A stretch of DNA of 64,000 nt from Pseudogymnoascus verrucosus (taxonomy: Eukaryota). Position numbers and translations under genes: made by a program. The notes below the pieces were generated by a model. That model did no database searches, had not been told where the DNA came from, and worked only from the letters and a program-made list of their open reading frames with translations. The stretch is from assembly GCA_001662655.1 (NCBI GenBank), contig KV460253.1; one strand, given 5' to 3'. Of this stretch, positions 24,241 through 36,330 are shown piece after piece (the first letter of the stretch is position 1; each line of letters opens with the position of its first letter).

Positions 24241-24838
24241 TCACTCCTCCTCCATATAAGCCACCCCGCCTGAATTCCTCACCACCCACTGCCGCGGCTC
24301 CATCAGCCTATAGTGTCCAAACTCATCCTCCAGGTCCCCCTCACTCCAACTCTCCTCCTTTTCCGTCCCGACATACCGCCCCGATTCATCATGCGCAAAG
24401 TAACGGAGATAGTCGCGCCGCGGCATCATCGCAACCACGACCTTCGTCTTCTTGAAACGGAACCGGTCACGCAGGGAGCGGCGGCGTTTCTGGGATGTGC
24501 TACTTCTATTAGCGCTGGTCTATTTCTCAACGCCGATCACCTCGGATGGGACGTAGGAACATTGGCGCTTACGATTCCACCCCGGCCTTGAAGCTCTCTG
24601 CGCACACCCGGACCACGACAGGGATTATGCTATCGTCTGTAAATCTGAAAGGGAGAAAATGCGGCGCCGTGGGGCCGAACACACAGGCGGACGACCAGGC
24701 GGATCGATAATCTGTAGGCATAGGGCGACCAGTAGCTGTGAAGCGCTCAAAGCAGTCTGTGTCGGATAGTGTTGAATTGGACGACCCAGAGCTAGCGGTG
24801 CTGTCCTTGCGCTCAAGGATGGGATGTGATCGCACCAT
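24241..24838 (-). CDS. Hypothetical protein, 174 aa. Exons 24838-24573, 24499-24241
   Basis: A GTAAGC..CTAAT..TAG intron joins two ORFs in frame: ...AGVES|TSQKRRRSLRDRFRFKKTKVVVAMMPRRDYLRYFAHDESGRYVGTE... Confidence 0.72.
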
Positions 24839-26614
24839 GTTTATGTTGAATAGCGACTGTCAATCGATGGAGGTGATGGTAATTGCATATGGGATAGCAC
24901 GGTTTGACCGGAGTGTTGGTGGATACGAGTATATATATACATCCCCTACTGAGTACAGTACATTATCACCTTGCGACTGATCTCCGTCACCACCCACACC
25001 AACGGTCCTATCTGTAACAAGGCTAGTGACGGCGTCACTATTGGCGCATTACAGCATCGGGCCTATTCGACAACCTTCCACCCGGTCGGCTTCAACGCGA
25101 GTGGCGGCCAGTGAACCACGCCTATCCCATGTTGTCCATCAGCCCGTCCAACCATCCACATCCAAGATCATAGTTGCAACGTGGTACAAGGTGAGGAGTG
25201 GATGTTTGGCATCACGGCAGGTCTAAATTCCCGGTGCTTCAAGCTAGCGATCGCCTGATCGCTCCCGCACCCGCCAATTAGGCCGGTGTTTCGCCGTCAA
25301 AGCTCGATTTTTTTCGATTCTGGATTTCTTCACCCGGGCATACGCGCAAGCCACACCGGGGGGCTGCAGTAAAAGCCGTGCAAGGGCACCGTTGGAGGAG
25401 AAGCTCACCGTCGGCGGCAATCCGAGAGGCTTGCTTACCGCCACCACTGTTGTATTAGCTCCTCGGGCGTAATCCGACGAAAAAGGAGGTCGGTGCTCGA
25501 AAAGCTGTCAGACGTCGGTTAGCTACCTCGTTAGGGCCTAGTCATTATTGTGGTGGGTGTTTTAGGTGGAGTCTTCAGGTCAGTCGGCAGGGCTCCAGTG
25601 TTATGGACGTCGCGTCTGGTCCGAGCTTGGCGGCGTGGTTTTTGATTACATATATCTCCGAGGTAAGAGGAGAGTCAGCAATGTGTAAATTTCTACATGA
25701 TTGTGTCTATGAAATAGATCAAAAATCTTCAGCTGTACCGATGATTTTGCTATTGCTTGCGGGTAGAGGTGGCCTTCTTCCCACTGGAGAAGTAACGCGG
25801 GGCAGTTGGAACTCAACCTCAACGGCATCAGTTCCGTACGGAGAGTATAACATTTCCACATTAACTTCTCTTGGCGTACTGAGATGTGACGAAGAATACT
25901 GCGCCTGCGCTAGCTGAAACCACTCTAGATCTTCAAAATGGCAGTCACACAGCGTCAAATTAAGGTATGATTGATGACACCATGTAGCTGTCCAACTGGC
26001 GCTGTCGATAGCACAGCAGGTGAGACAAAGCTTGCACTAGAGACTTGAAATATCCCGGAGGTCAATACGCAGAGATATCCGGTATTACTGTACTGTCTCT
26101 TCATTCTCGTCATGCCCGGCGCCAAAAATGTGTCCATTGGAGTCTGTATCACCTATTCCGACTTCTCACATACGCCACTGGCCGGCTACCCAGGCTTTAA
26201 TCCCTATTTCGAGAGGTACCACATCATTAAGTAGGCCGTTGTGATCACTATGCTTATGTCTCTGGGCTCGTGGCTGATCATACTCACCAGTCTCTCGGTC
26301 AGCTCGGCATCGCTGTCATGGGACCACTCTTCGAAACCGCTGCACGTCTAATGATGTGCATGCACCCACCATTCCCCGCTATCCCCATCATGTACGTCGT
26401 TGCAGGTTTCGGAGCGGTCGGAGACGGGCGTGGAACGCGTGAATCGGGATCTGTAAAACGCAAACAGTCTTCTTAGGTAACTTTGGCCCTCAGAACCGGA
26501 CCGAAATTGACACTGGACGTGATTCTGGTATTGATTATCGTACTTATTCCGTCTTGTGTCTGATCAAAACTCGAAGCCGGTCTAACAAAAAAAAAAGCGA
26601 ACATCAATCGATGC

Positions 26615-27347
26615 CTAATCAACTTTACTGGCCTTCTTTTTCCTCTTTCCCTTTACTTCGTAATTCGCAGTCTTGTCGTTTGACTGACCCAGGGCCGTTC
26701 GTCTCAAGCGGCCCAAGAACTTTTCGTCATTCAACTCCTCTGTTCTAATTCCAAAGACAGCTTTGTAAATCGGGCCCATGTCATGTGGGCCACAAGGTCT
26801 CGCATCGCCGCTTGCTCTTCGTTTCGCGAAAAAGTTCTGGAGGCAGGATGTGATAGCTTGTTCGATTGTCAATGTCTTCTCTGGCGCCACTTCCTTTGGA
26901 GGTTCGTTTGTTCCGGAATTGATATCTTCGTCGAACTCGAGGGCTTCAAATTCAGGAATGTCCGTTAGGATGGGACGGGAGACGACAGTATTTTTGATGA
27001 GTAGAGCCTCCTCGGGTGTGAAATAGGGAGCGCTGATGTACAGCTCATCGGTTGTGCACAAGGTTCGGGCTTCTGCGGCGTGATCTTTGGAAATATTGCA
27101 AAGATCATAGAGGAGGACGTGTATCTATGCGGTAGGTTTAGTGTCCTGGAGCTGGAATATTTACAGACGGAAAATTAAAGTATTATCTGGATTTCACAAA
27201 ATATAATAAAATACAAATGTTGGTCACCATGTACCAAAGGTCCAGTTTTTCTCGAAGGTCTAGTAATGTCATATTCTTGTCATCTGACGAAGTTTCTCTC
27301 GTCTCGACAGGCCTTGCATTATTAGGCTGTGGATTTGTTCCGGCCAT
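26615..27347 (-). CDS. Hypothetical protein; last exon clear (about 27125-26615), first-exon junction uncertain
   Basis: An acceptor ...cgcatag is followed by IHVLLYDL...TTDELYISAPYFT...RRASGDARPCGPHDMGPIYKAVFGI. The upstream ORF MAGTNPQ... is a plausible first exon. Confidence 0.6.
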
Positions 27348-28569
27348 GTTGATTATTCTAGACGATGAATCTGACCGGCCAACAATAGTGATCAGCACCG
27401 AGGACCAGTTTCAAGCGCAGTGAATAGTTTGATGAAGAAAACGAACTCGAGGAAGGATATAGTGCGAGTTAGTTTGGTTCTAAAATAGCTAATGAGAAGC
27501 TAGAAGCTATGGTGTGACGGGTAACCACAGCGAGAAAGGGTCCGACGTCAAAAATAAAGTTATAACCTACTGGCGGTTAGCTCGAAAGGCGAAATTTACT
27601 AGAGAAGTAAATTAACTCGTAGGCGCATATTAAGTTCTAAATACTGTAGGTTGTGGTATAACCAACTCCATGGTCCGAATTCTGAAGAATTAATCATAGG
27701 CGTTGGGAAGAAGAGTGTAAAAAAGTATTCAGTCACGGTCTTGACTACTACTATGGAACAACAAGGGGCTATATAGCAGAGGCATTTGCTAACAGATCAA
27801 TATAAAAAATACTAGATTATGATGCAGATAATCAGCTATCGGAAATCAAGGCTATTTGGTCGTCTTTGGGCGTCTAGGCGTTGTTGGTGGGGACTTCTGC
27901 TGGCGCTTTTCTTTGGAAGTATTAGCGGGAAGATGACTGGCTTTGGAGGCTCTGGCGATGGTGGTGATGGATCGATAGGTGTCGCAGCTGAACTCTGTTC
28001 CGTTTTTACCTGCTTGCCAACTGATTCTTGAGGAGGTAGGGTAGTTTGTGTTGCCTGACTCGTCGAGGCCTCGTTCGCAATAGGTTCTGTAGATGACGGC
28101 CTCGTAGCCCCATAATTCGGGATTTGGAATGCAACCCTGCAAGATGAATTAGTATTTATGTTTTATAAAGATATATGACTTACTGCTAATCAATCAAACT
28201 ATTTTGAGTGCTGAGATGAGCTCTGCCTCCCTTTCCTGCATCTTGGATTGTGAACGGGGAGTCTTTCTCAAGATGGCACTTTGCGTGTTTCCTAAGGTTG
28301 CCAGCTGCCTCCCAGCGCCTAGCAAATTAATATCCCAGTGTAATTAGCAGTCAACTGGTTTACAACTTTGGAATTGCATGTCGACACCACTGGCAATACT
28401 GCTCACATGAAAGGATCATATGACCCTTGTATTGATGGCGCTGAAGGCAGTTAAATAATGATATTATGGTGTTGCGATGGTGTTGTTATGATGTGTTGGG
28501 CTTGTGAGTGTTCGACGTGATGGTTGTTGGTAGGTATGTGGAATGCCGCGGGCAGCCGTGACGAAGCTG

Positions 28570-28721
28570 TCAATCGTGAAGGTACTTGCGCAATCAACGC
28601 AGTAGTTCCATGTAAGTCGCTAATGGTGTCGCTGTTGCCGTATGCTCAATCGTGGAGGTACTTGCGCAATCAACGCAGTAGTTCCATGTAAGTCGCTAAT
28701 GGTGTCGCTGTTGCCGTATGC
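28570..28721. repeat. Tandem duplication of a 76-bp unit (1 mismatch)
   Basis: tcaatcgtg(a/g)aggtacttgcgcaatcaacgcagtagttccatgtaagtcgctaatggtgtcgctgttgccgtatgc at 28570-28645 and 28646-28721. Confidence 0.95.
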
Positions 28722-29765
28722 TGCATATATGTTGTGGACGTGGTGGTCGAGGTGGTTGTTGAGTGTAGATAGTTCCGAACGAGAAAGATTATTTAGTGCG
28801 GCTCACGATATGGCCGACATTTAGCCCTAACTAGGCCATACATGCAATACATGGGCTTCTTGACGACAAGGTAAAGGCATTTTGACATGAGCAGGAACAA
28901 TAGATTGTATTGATGGCGTTGGAGAGGGAGAAAAAATGTTGTTATGGTGGTTGTGATGATGTGTTCATATTTCCGACCAAGAAAGATTGCTTGGTGCTCA
29001 GCCAGTGAGTGTGGCCTTTAGTCCTAACTAGATATAACTGGCTATAAACCGGTTGGCAACCAGTTATAAACCTTAGGATAATTTTTCAATCTTCGTTGTT
29101 ATAAGTGGCTACTAAATGGTTGGTGGTTTCCGTGACCGTTAAATGCAGGAGGAGGGAAGAAATGGCGCCGCCCCACTAGCTTTCTCTCGTCAATCTCGTC
29201 TCTCATCTCTTATTTTATTCGACCTCCCTACCCGGCATCTCAGTCATCGCACTCGTCTCACTCTCCTCCTACATGCCATTTAAATTGCCAACTAGATATG
29301 AACGCCTAGACCAAGGGGACTCCATCCCCGTTCTCTGCGGTTGGCATTTGTTGTAGATACATTAACCATGTGTTTCTCATAAGCTCCGCAGCTCCATTAA
29401 CAAGAACGAGATGACATTTCTCAGTGTGCCAACCGGGTATCACATTTCTATACTAAGCTCGATCTACTTATGCTACATATGGAACCGATACGGATTACAC
29501 GTCTACCTATACGAACTGAGCGGCTTATACTACGTTGTTGCGACGGCCAATGAAAACTAAGGCGCGGAAAAGTGGCTTACCGCCTGCCTGGAAATAATTG
29601 AACAGGCCGTGCCTTGTAGCAAGTCATGCATTACCAACGGGAGGCTAGAGGGCATAAAAGGAGACTGTTACGTTTTCATTTCTGGAGCCGTTCTTTGCCA
29701 AGCTATATATGCGGATCGGCAAGCGGCCCCCCTTTTAGAAAATGCGGGGGGTACCGAGGCTGACA

Positions 29766-29783
29766 TTGCGGGGTACCCCGCAA
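29766..29783. promoter_or_regulatory. Perfect 18-bp palindrome made of two inverted SYGGRG (CreA/Cre1-type) sites
   Basis: ttgcggggtaccccgcaa, about 160 bp upstream of the PhyH ATG. A further tgcggggggtacc lies at about 29743. Confidence 0.55.
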
Positions 29784-29941
29784 GATGTGTATTTAACACT
29801 CACAATTCCAATACCCCGGACTGTAAGCATGCACTTTAACATCTTCTTACTCAGCTTACTTTGCAATTAGGATTTTCCTTTTACCACCACATTTATATAA
29901 TACTTCAATACCTCCACCCCATCCATCTCAAACCTACAATC

Positions 29942-31049
29942 ATGGCAGACCGCTCAGTGATGTCCCGGAACGCTGGTCCGCGGCTCCCCACCGATCCAGT
30001 AGCCGTCGCCGATATATCCCACGTAGAAACCCATGGATATGTGATACTACCCTCCATTCTACCCCTGGAAGAAGTCCAAGCTGCCAAAGCCGAGATTAGG
30101 CGCCTCTCTGGCTCTACGCCTCTTGCTGGCCGCAATCCATTCGAGGGCCTAGACACGACGCGTATTTACAGCTTGCTCAACAAGACGCGGGTCTTTGACA
30201 AGCTCGTAGTCCTGCCTCGCGTTCTCGCGCTCAATGATTACTTTCTGGACCCGGGCTACCAACTTACAGCGTTCCATACGATTCAGATTAACCCCGGCGA
30301 GCAGCCACAGGATCTGCATCACGATGACGGGTTTTGCCACTTTCCACGGCCAAGAGGACCATTAGGGACTGCCATTATGGTGGCGTTTGATGAGTTTACA
30401 GCCGTGAGTTTGCTGTCGCTTTATGCTTCGTTGGATGGATGCGAGCGTAGCACATGCGATAGATGCGGATTCTGATTATATTTTAGGAGAACGGCGCCAC
30501 ACGCGTGATTCCTGGCTCACATCTCTGGGGCAGTGAGAAACCGAGGAAAGAGCAGGCGATTCCTATGGTTTGCCCAGCTGGGAGTGTGATATACTTCATA
30601 GGCACCACATGGCATGGTGGAGGACCGAATACGTCCACATCATCGAGAATGAGTGCTACAGTGCAATATTGCCAGCCATATGTAAGACAACTGTCTATTT
30701 CAATGACTTCCCACCAGATGTAGATTTTGGCTAACAATAATCACAGATTCGCTCGCTTGAGAACCAGTTCTTGGCTGTTGACCCACGGAGGCTGCCAGAA
30801 ATTGACACACGGATCGTCGAGATGATGGGATATAAAATTCACCAGCCGTTCGTCGGATACGGTATGTCATCCCGCCCTGTTTTGGCGACAGGCATGCCAC
30901 CATCAGAAGCGAACCTTGCTAATATTGCTGCAGCCGACGGACTCAGCCCAGTTAGAGGCGCGCGGCGGATGGTAGAATGGCTGCAGAAACCTTTGGATAA
31001 GAATCCCCCTGCATTCCCTGATCATGGGACCGGGAAGAGCAAATTATAA
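29942..31049 (+). CDS. Phytanoyl-CoA dioxygenase (PhyH) family Fe(II)/2-oxoglutarate dioxygenase. Exons 29942-30403, 30487-30681, 30747-30861, 30934-31049
   Basis: PGEQPQDLHHDDG (HxD), FDEFTA|ENGATRVIPGSHLW, WHGGGPN..R, QYCQPY|IRSLEN. Confidence 0.92.
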
Positions 31050-31221
31050 TGCTTGCGTGGGGTTGATATGAGCGCTGTATATATTGGCTAATAGTCTTCC
31101 AATGAAGCTAAAATATAATCTGCTTGGTAGCCAAGTCTGTGTTAAAATGCCACTCCGGCATGAGTACTCAACGTCACAGTGTTGGATAAGTGTTGACGAT
31201 AGAAGGAATCGCCTGTGATAA

Positions 31222-31410
31222 GACCCTGAAGCTGAAATTGTGTGGGGCGATGCAAAGGTGGCGAATATTCTAGTTGATGTAAACATGGATGCATCGATTA
31301 TCGACTTTGGAGGTGGATTCACACAGGGTTCGGTTCAGAGGGAGGACGCAGGGACTGTTGAAGCTGACTCCCAGGGGCTTGCGAAGATTGTGGATTATTG
31401 CGACAAGTGA
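31222..31410 (+). pseudogene. Isolated C-terminal fragment of a fungal protein-kinase-like gene
   Basis: Translates IVWGDAKVANILVDVNMDASIIDFGGGFTQGSVQREDAGTVEADSQGLAKIVDY, i.e. catalytic loop and DFG. It has no ATG and an in-frame TAA lies directly upstream (31219). Confidence 0.75.
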
Positions 31411-32826
31411 ACCATGACCGGAGGAGGATTTAAGACATCTGTTGGAGACATAATTTCCGCTTTACATTTGATGCACCAATACCTCATTGGTAGGCTCTTT
31501 CAGCGTACTAATGAACTTCAGCGCCTATGAAATGGAACTCTGGCAATCGATGCTACAATGCTTCAGCTGACTGGAAGGTCCGAAGGCGGCTATAAGCGAG
31601 GACCGTCCCTATAGCAAACATGACATTGTTTTGCTATTCCCATAGCTATAGAATACTGAAAGACAGCAAATGGCAGTATCAAGGTTTATATTGTACTATG
31701 TGGACGTTTGGCACCATGTCCATAGCTGCCCGAGGACATTTGTGGATCTGCAAGGCGGCCCACAGGCCTCAATGCGAGCGACGCTAGGAGCGCCACAAGA
31801 TCCGGTCTCATGAGCCTATCGCACATCACGCACATAAATTTCCCTCTTTCTCAGGCTCAGCAAATAGTATGCGGGGTACCAGTGCAGCTAGTTTTCCAAT
31901 ACTGCTCTAAGATTATTATCTTTTGTCGAAACATGAATCGCGCAAATGGACGCCGCGAGGAAACAATCACGATGTGTATCTTCGTGATCAGGTCGCTATA
32001 GGAGTTGTCTCATATGTAAATTACCATCACAGGTATCAGCGACTCGCAGATATATTCGACAGATACACCACCCTTGTTCGCATGGTGCGGTTGCGCGGTG
32101 AAACTATTCCAGGGCTTGGCGCGTCTTCATCAGTTCGTTGGCGACTTTATCCCGATAACTGGGCGTCTATGTCTCGCCCAAAGAGTCTGGGCCCGCCAGG
32201 GTTCAGCGACAACATCGAATAGGACAGCCGCCTAGTCTGAGACTGTAGCGACTGATATTGCAGGCTTTGCATTGCCAATTTAAATACTGATGGTTCTGGA
32301 ACGCCCCGTGTTGGAGGTATAAATACAACTGCCGGCAGGAGACCCACTACCGAAACATGCCACCAATGCCTCGACCCCTGTACATCATGCGCGACAACCA
32401 CGAAGCATCCAAAGCCACCATTCTTCTCCCACAAACTCTAATCGTGGCTACCGCCCAGCCACTTGTTCGCTGGGAGGTTTGGGGCTGTCGATGGTTTGGT
32501 CCAGCTACCCTGATCATCCAGCATGTGGTTACTGGGGCACGAGGTCCTGGCGTGGCTCATGGAAATCAGATGGATCTAAGCAGATCACAGGCCCTGGTCT
32601 CCATCAGCTCCCTTGTTTCTTCTTTGCTCCCATGCAAGTATATTAAGGTAGCTGTTCCCTTTCGTTTGGTTTTGTTTCTATTCTTCTCTACTCCGCGCTT
32701 TTCGTCGCTCTACAGTACATACGCTTCTCGTCTCCGACTTCGCTCGCTGGCTCTTCTTCGACTTGCCTCTTATATTCAATCCCGAACATTTACGCCTGGA
32801 GACATCACAGCCGATACTTGTGCACG

Positions 32827-33843
32827 ATGCCGTCCCAAGTGTTTTTAATATCCCTAACGCTCTTCATGAGTACCTTCACTTCCGCCCTCCTATCCTTCCC
32901 GCCTGTCAAATTCAACCAGAAGGTCATTGGCCCTTCTACAAACCCCGCAGCTACCGCCGTGTCGTACCGTCTCAAGGACAAGTACGACTCCTCAAACTTC
33001 TTCAGTTCCTTCTCCTTCTTTACTGGCTCCGACCCAACTCACGGCTTCGTCAACTACCTCTCCCATTCCGCCGCGGCAAATGCAAACATCATCTCCACCG
33101 GCAACTCTCAAGTGAAACTCCATGTGGACCACACAAATGTGGCACCCACCGGCCGCGCCTCCGTGCGTCTCACTTCCCAGAAACAATACACTCACGGCCT
33201 ATTCATCGCAGATATCGCGCACATGCCCGGTGGCGCCTGCGGCACCTGGCCAGCATTCTGGCTCTTTGGGCCCAACTGGCCAGCCTCAGGCGAAATCGAC
33301 ATCATCGAGGGCGTAAACTTACAGACCACGGACGAGATGACGCTGCACACCTCCGCAGGATGTGTAGTCGATAACCTGGGCTCGCTCCCTGGAACTACGA
33401 CGCTTGAGAGGAACTGCAATGCCAATTCAGGCTTCAACGGCTGCTCGGTGAGCACGAGCAACCCGCGAGGCTTTGGAACGGGGTTTAATTCCATCGGTGG
33501 TGGGGTGTATGCTATGCAATGGGAGAGCTCTGGCGTATATGTCTGGTTTTTCCCACGGGGCTCTGTGCCTGCTGATATCAGCTCTGGGGCGCCGAGGACG
33601 CAGAACTGGGGGCTGCCGGTGGCGGCATTTAATGGCGGAAACGGCTGCAACATCGACCAGCATTTCAAGAACATGAACATAGTTTTCGACACTACTTTCT
33701 GCGGAGATTGGGCTGGGGGCGTGTGGGGTCAAGGGGCTTGTGCTTCTTTGGGGAGTTGCGAGAGCTATGTGGCAAATAATCCGCGCGCGTTTCTAGAGAG
33801 CTATTGGCTTATCAACTCGGTTAAGGTGTATCAGTTGGGCTGA
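32827..33843 (+). CDS. Secreted GH16 endo-1,3(4)-beta-glucanase (fungal Lam16A-like)
   Basis: Signal-peptide-like N-terminus; DPTHGFVNY, GRASVRL, CGTWPAFW, GEIDIIEGVN (catalytic ExDxxE), TTFCGDWAG, YWLINSVKVY. Intronless. Confidence 0.95.
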   Translation: MPSQVFLISLTLFMSTFTSALLSFPPVKFNQKVIGPSTNPAATAVSYRLKDKYDSSNFFSSFSFFTGSDPTHGFVNYLSHSAAANANIISTGNSQVKLHVDHTNVAPTGRASVRLTSQKQYTHGLFIADIAHMPGGACGTWPAFWLFGPNWPASGEIDIIEGVNLQTTDEMTLHTSAGCVVDNLGSLPGTTTLERNCNANSGFNGCSVSTSNPRGFGTGFNSIGGGVYAMQWESSGVYVWFFPRGSVPADISSGAPRTQNWGLPVAAFNGGNGCNIDQHFKNMNIVFDTTFCGDWAGGVWGQGACASLGSCESYVANNPRAFLESYWLINSVKVYQLG

Positions 33844-34321
33844 GTACCATGATAACTGGGGAGGTATGATATTGTGTTATTTAAGGGAGGTGTCCTGTGA
33901 GGTCACACCTAGGTCCCGGCTACTGTTGATGTTGCACAAGGCCACGCGAAAGCCATGCAAGTGACCAATACCGAGGGGCTGGAAAGGCGAAGCTGCCTAT
34001 TATGGCACGAAGAGGCGACGCCAAGTGAGCGGACGAGGGCTGATATAAGAATATATATTTGCTATATATATACTTATAATATCTATTATTTTGGGAATAA
34101 TGAGTTTTTATTTTATTTTAGAATTATGCAAGAAACCCTAGATATTACTTTAGATCTAAGAATATACCATTATAGCAATGTTTCAGCTTATTAGGGGCAA
34201 CTGTGCCGTCCCTGTCTTGAGTCGACATAAACTACCTTACCATACCTGGTATCAGCTCATACAAACTGTTTCCATCCAACACTTCTAAATCTTAACCACA
34301 CCCACTCAAAATCTACCCCCC

Positions 34322-36330
34322 TCACCCCACTACCCCACGGCGTCTAACCCTTACCTTCCCTCCTTTAACCAACATAGATGCCTCAGTAGCCCACTCTCTC
34401 CACGGTTTCTCTCGTTTAACAACCTCGATATCATAGTTTATGAGGAGATATGCTAACACGATCTTCATCTCGAAGTCAACTATAAAGCGACCGGGACATG
34501 CGTGTTGACCATGAGCAAAAGGGAGATTAATCGCGGACGTCGAGACGAGAGGTAATTTTCCTAGCGGGTGAGTCGGTGGCCCATTGGATAACCCCTTGTT
34601 ACTATCGAGCCCTGTAGAAAATATAAGCGACTGCGAATTCTGGGATGCGGCAACGGCAATGGCCTCTCTCGCGAGGGAGAACCGAAATGGATCAAACTTT
34701 AACGGGGCCTCGAAGACGTCAGGATCGGTCTGTGCCGGCTGGGCGAGGAGTGAGAGCATAGCACCTTTGGGGAGAGTGATGCCGTCCTCTGTGACGAGGC
34801 CGTTAGCGACGACTTTCTTGAACACGGAACGGTTGGCGAAGGCGTGCAGCCGGAGAGTCTCGCGGCAGACGCTGTCCATCTTTATCATCTGCGCGGCAGT
34901 GGCCTTGGTCCATATATCATTGTGGTCAACAAGAGTGGTGGCAGCTTCCTCGCGAAGAGCATCAATGGTGGAGTACTCGGCATCGGAGTCGAGGATATTG
35001 AAGAGAGCGTTTGTGATAGCTATGCTTGCTTGGTAGAGGGAGCCTGTGTTTGAGACTGAGATGCGGGCAGTGAAATTCGTGAGATTTATCTCGGATGGGA
35101 AGTTGGCTGCAGCGTAGCGGAGCATCATTTGAAGGTGGTCGCAAGGCTCCTCCGGACCGGGAGAGGTTTGTAAAAGGGAGAGATGGGAGTGGAAGAGCGG
35201 GATTAGGGAGTTTCGGATGGAGCGGAGGTGGAGAGTGGTAAGAATGCGAAAGAAAGCGCCGAATAGAGGTCTGATAGGGCGCGGGAGGATACCAATTAAG
35301 AGTCCACCAAGGATGGTATTGTCTATATAATCGATGGTTCGCCTGAGGTAAGATTCGTCACGACCTGAGTTGTTAGTTACCTGGATTTAGACCACAGGGT
35401 TGGGGAAGAGGCCATACATAGCGGAATACCGACAGTAAAGCGACTCGATCCCCGTGCAATAACGATTCTAACCATCTCATACAGATCGATTTCTCTCCAG
35501 TCCTTCTCGTCCATCCCAAACTTCTCATCAATCGACACTTTCAGCTCATCATCCAGATCCGCAACAATTGGCTCAATCAAAGAGAGCATCTGGGTTCTGA
35601 CAAGGTCCCCCTGCCATGGGTTTCGAATAACATTCACATCCCCTGTCGTGTACACAGCCTGGTTCAACTCAAGGAAGGTCTCGTATGAGTTCAACACATG
35701 GTCGGGTTGCGATGTGTACCAACGTAATGAGGCTCCCGGAATAATAATGTCATTTCGGAAGCCGAGTCCTGGGAGGAGACAGGTCTTTCCGTGCTTAGAG
35801 TACTGGAATACTAGTTAGCTAGATGAATTGGAAATTGGGAGTTAATAAGGGGGACTTGCGGTTTCGTACGCCTCTTTGTACAGAGCTTTACAGTTGGTAT
35901 AGTACGCCCAGCGTGTCTTAAGGCTGAAGCGGGTAGCACCAGCGGGCTCGCGGACACGAGGTAGATTAGGAGGGTAGGAAACTTGAGTGAAATAGCCGAC
36001 TACAAGGTGAGCTAAAACCGCTGTGGAGATAATCATCAAGACAATAGCCTGAAAAGAGCTAGAGGCAAATATTTGCTCAAAGTATCCCGTTTTAAGAAAA
36101 GTGCGAATAGATGTTTCCAGCAAATGTAGAGGCTGAGTATTTAGGAGTATCTGTTCGAAGTCCCCGTCCACTTTGGGAAGGGTGGCGTTGGTTGTCAAAG
36201 AAGGGATAGGTGGAGGATAGGCCAGTATTTGTTGGAGATATCCGCTTATATTAAAGAGAGTGCGAGTGATTCTTGTTAAAAAAACGTTGATCGGAGGGCT
36301 GGCGAGTGTTTTCTCAACGTATCTCTCCAT
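34322..36330 (-). CDS. Cytochrome P450 (ent-kaurene-oxidase-like fungal type). Exons 36330-35860, 35802-35418, 35364-34322; first intron GC-AG
   Basis: KMDSVCRETLR (ExxR), FDPFRF, PFAHGQHACPGRF heme motif; TM anchor followed by YPPNLP. The true start may be downstream of 36330. Confidence 0.88.

Noticed and set aside
25600..26480. Short ORF fragments that might be a decayed gene
   Set aside because: No recognisable motif and I could not build a spliced model.
27852..28400. Minus-strand coding-like pieces with intron-like signals
   Set aside because: Frames contain stops and no family was recognisable; insufficient support for a gene or pseudogene call.
29942..36330. PhyH dioxygenase plus P450 as a secondary-metabolite cluster
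   Set aside because: No PKS, NRPS, terpene synthase or other backbone gene in the window, and the two genes are separated by an unrelated GH16.
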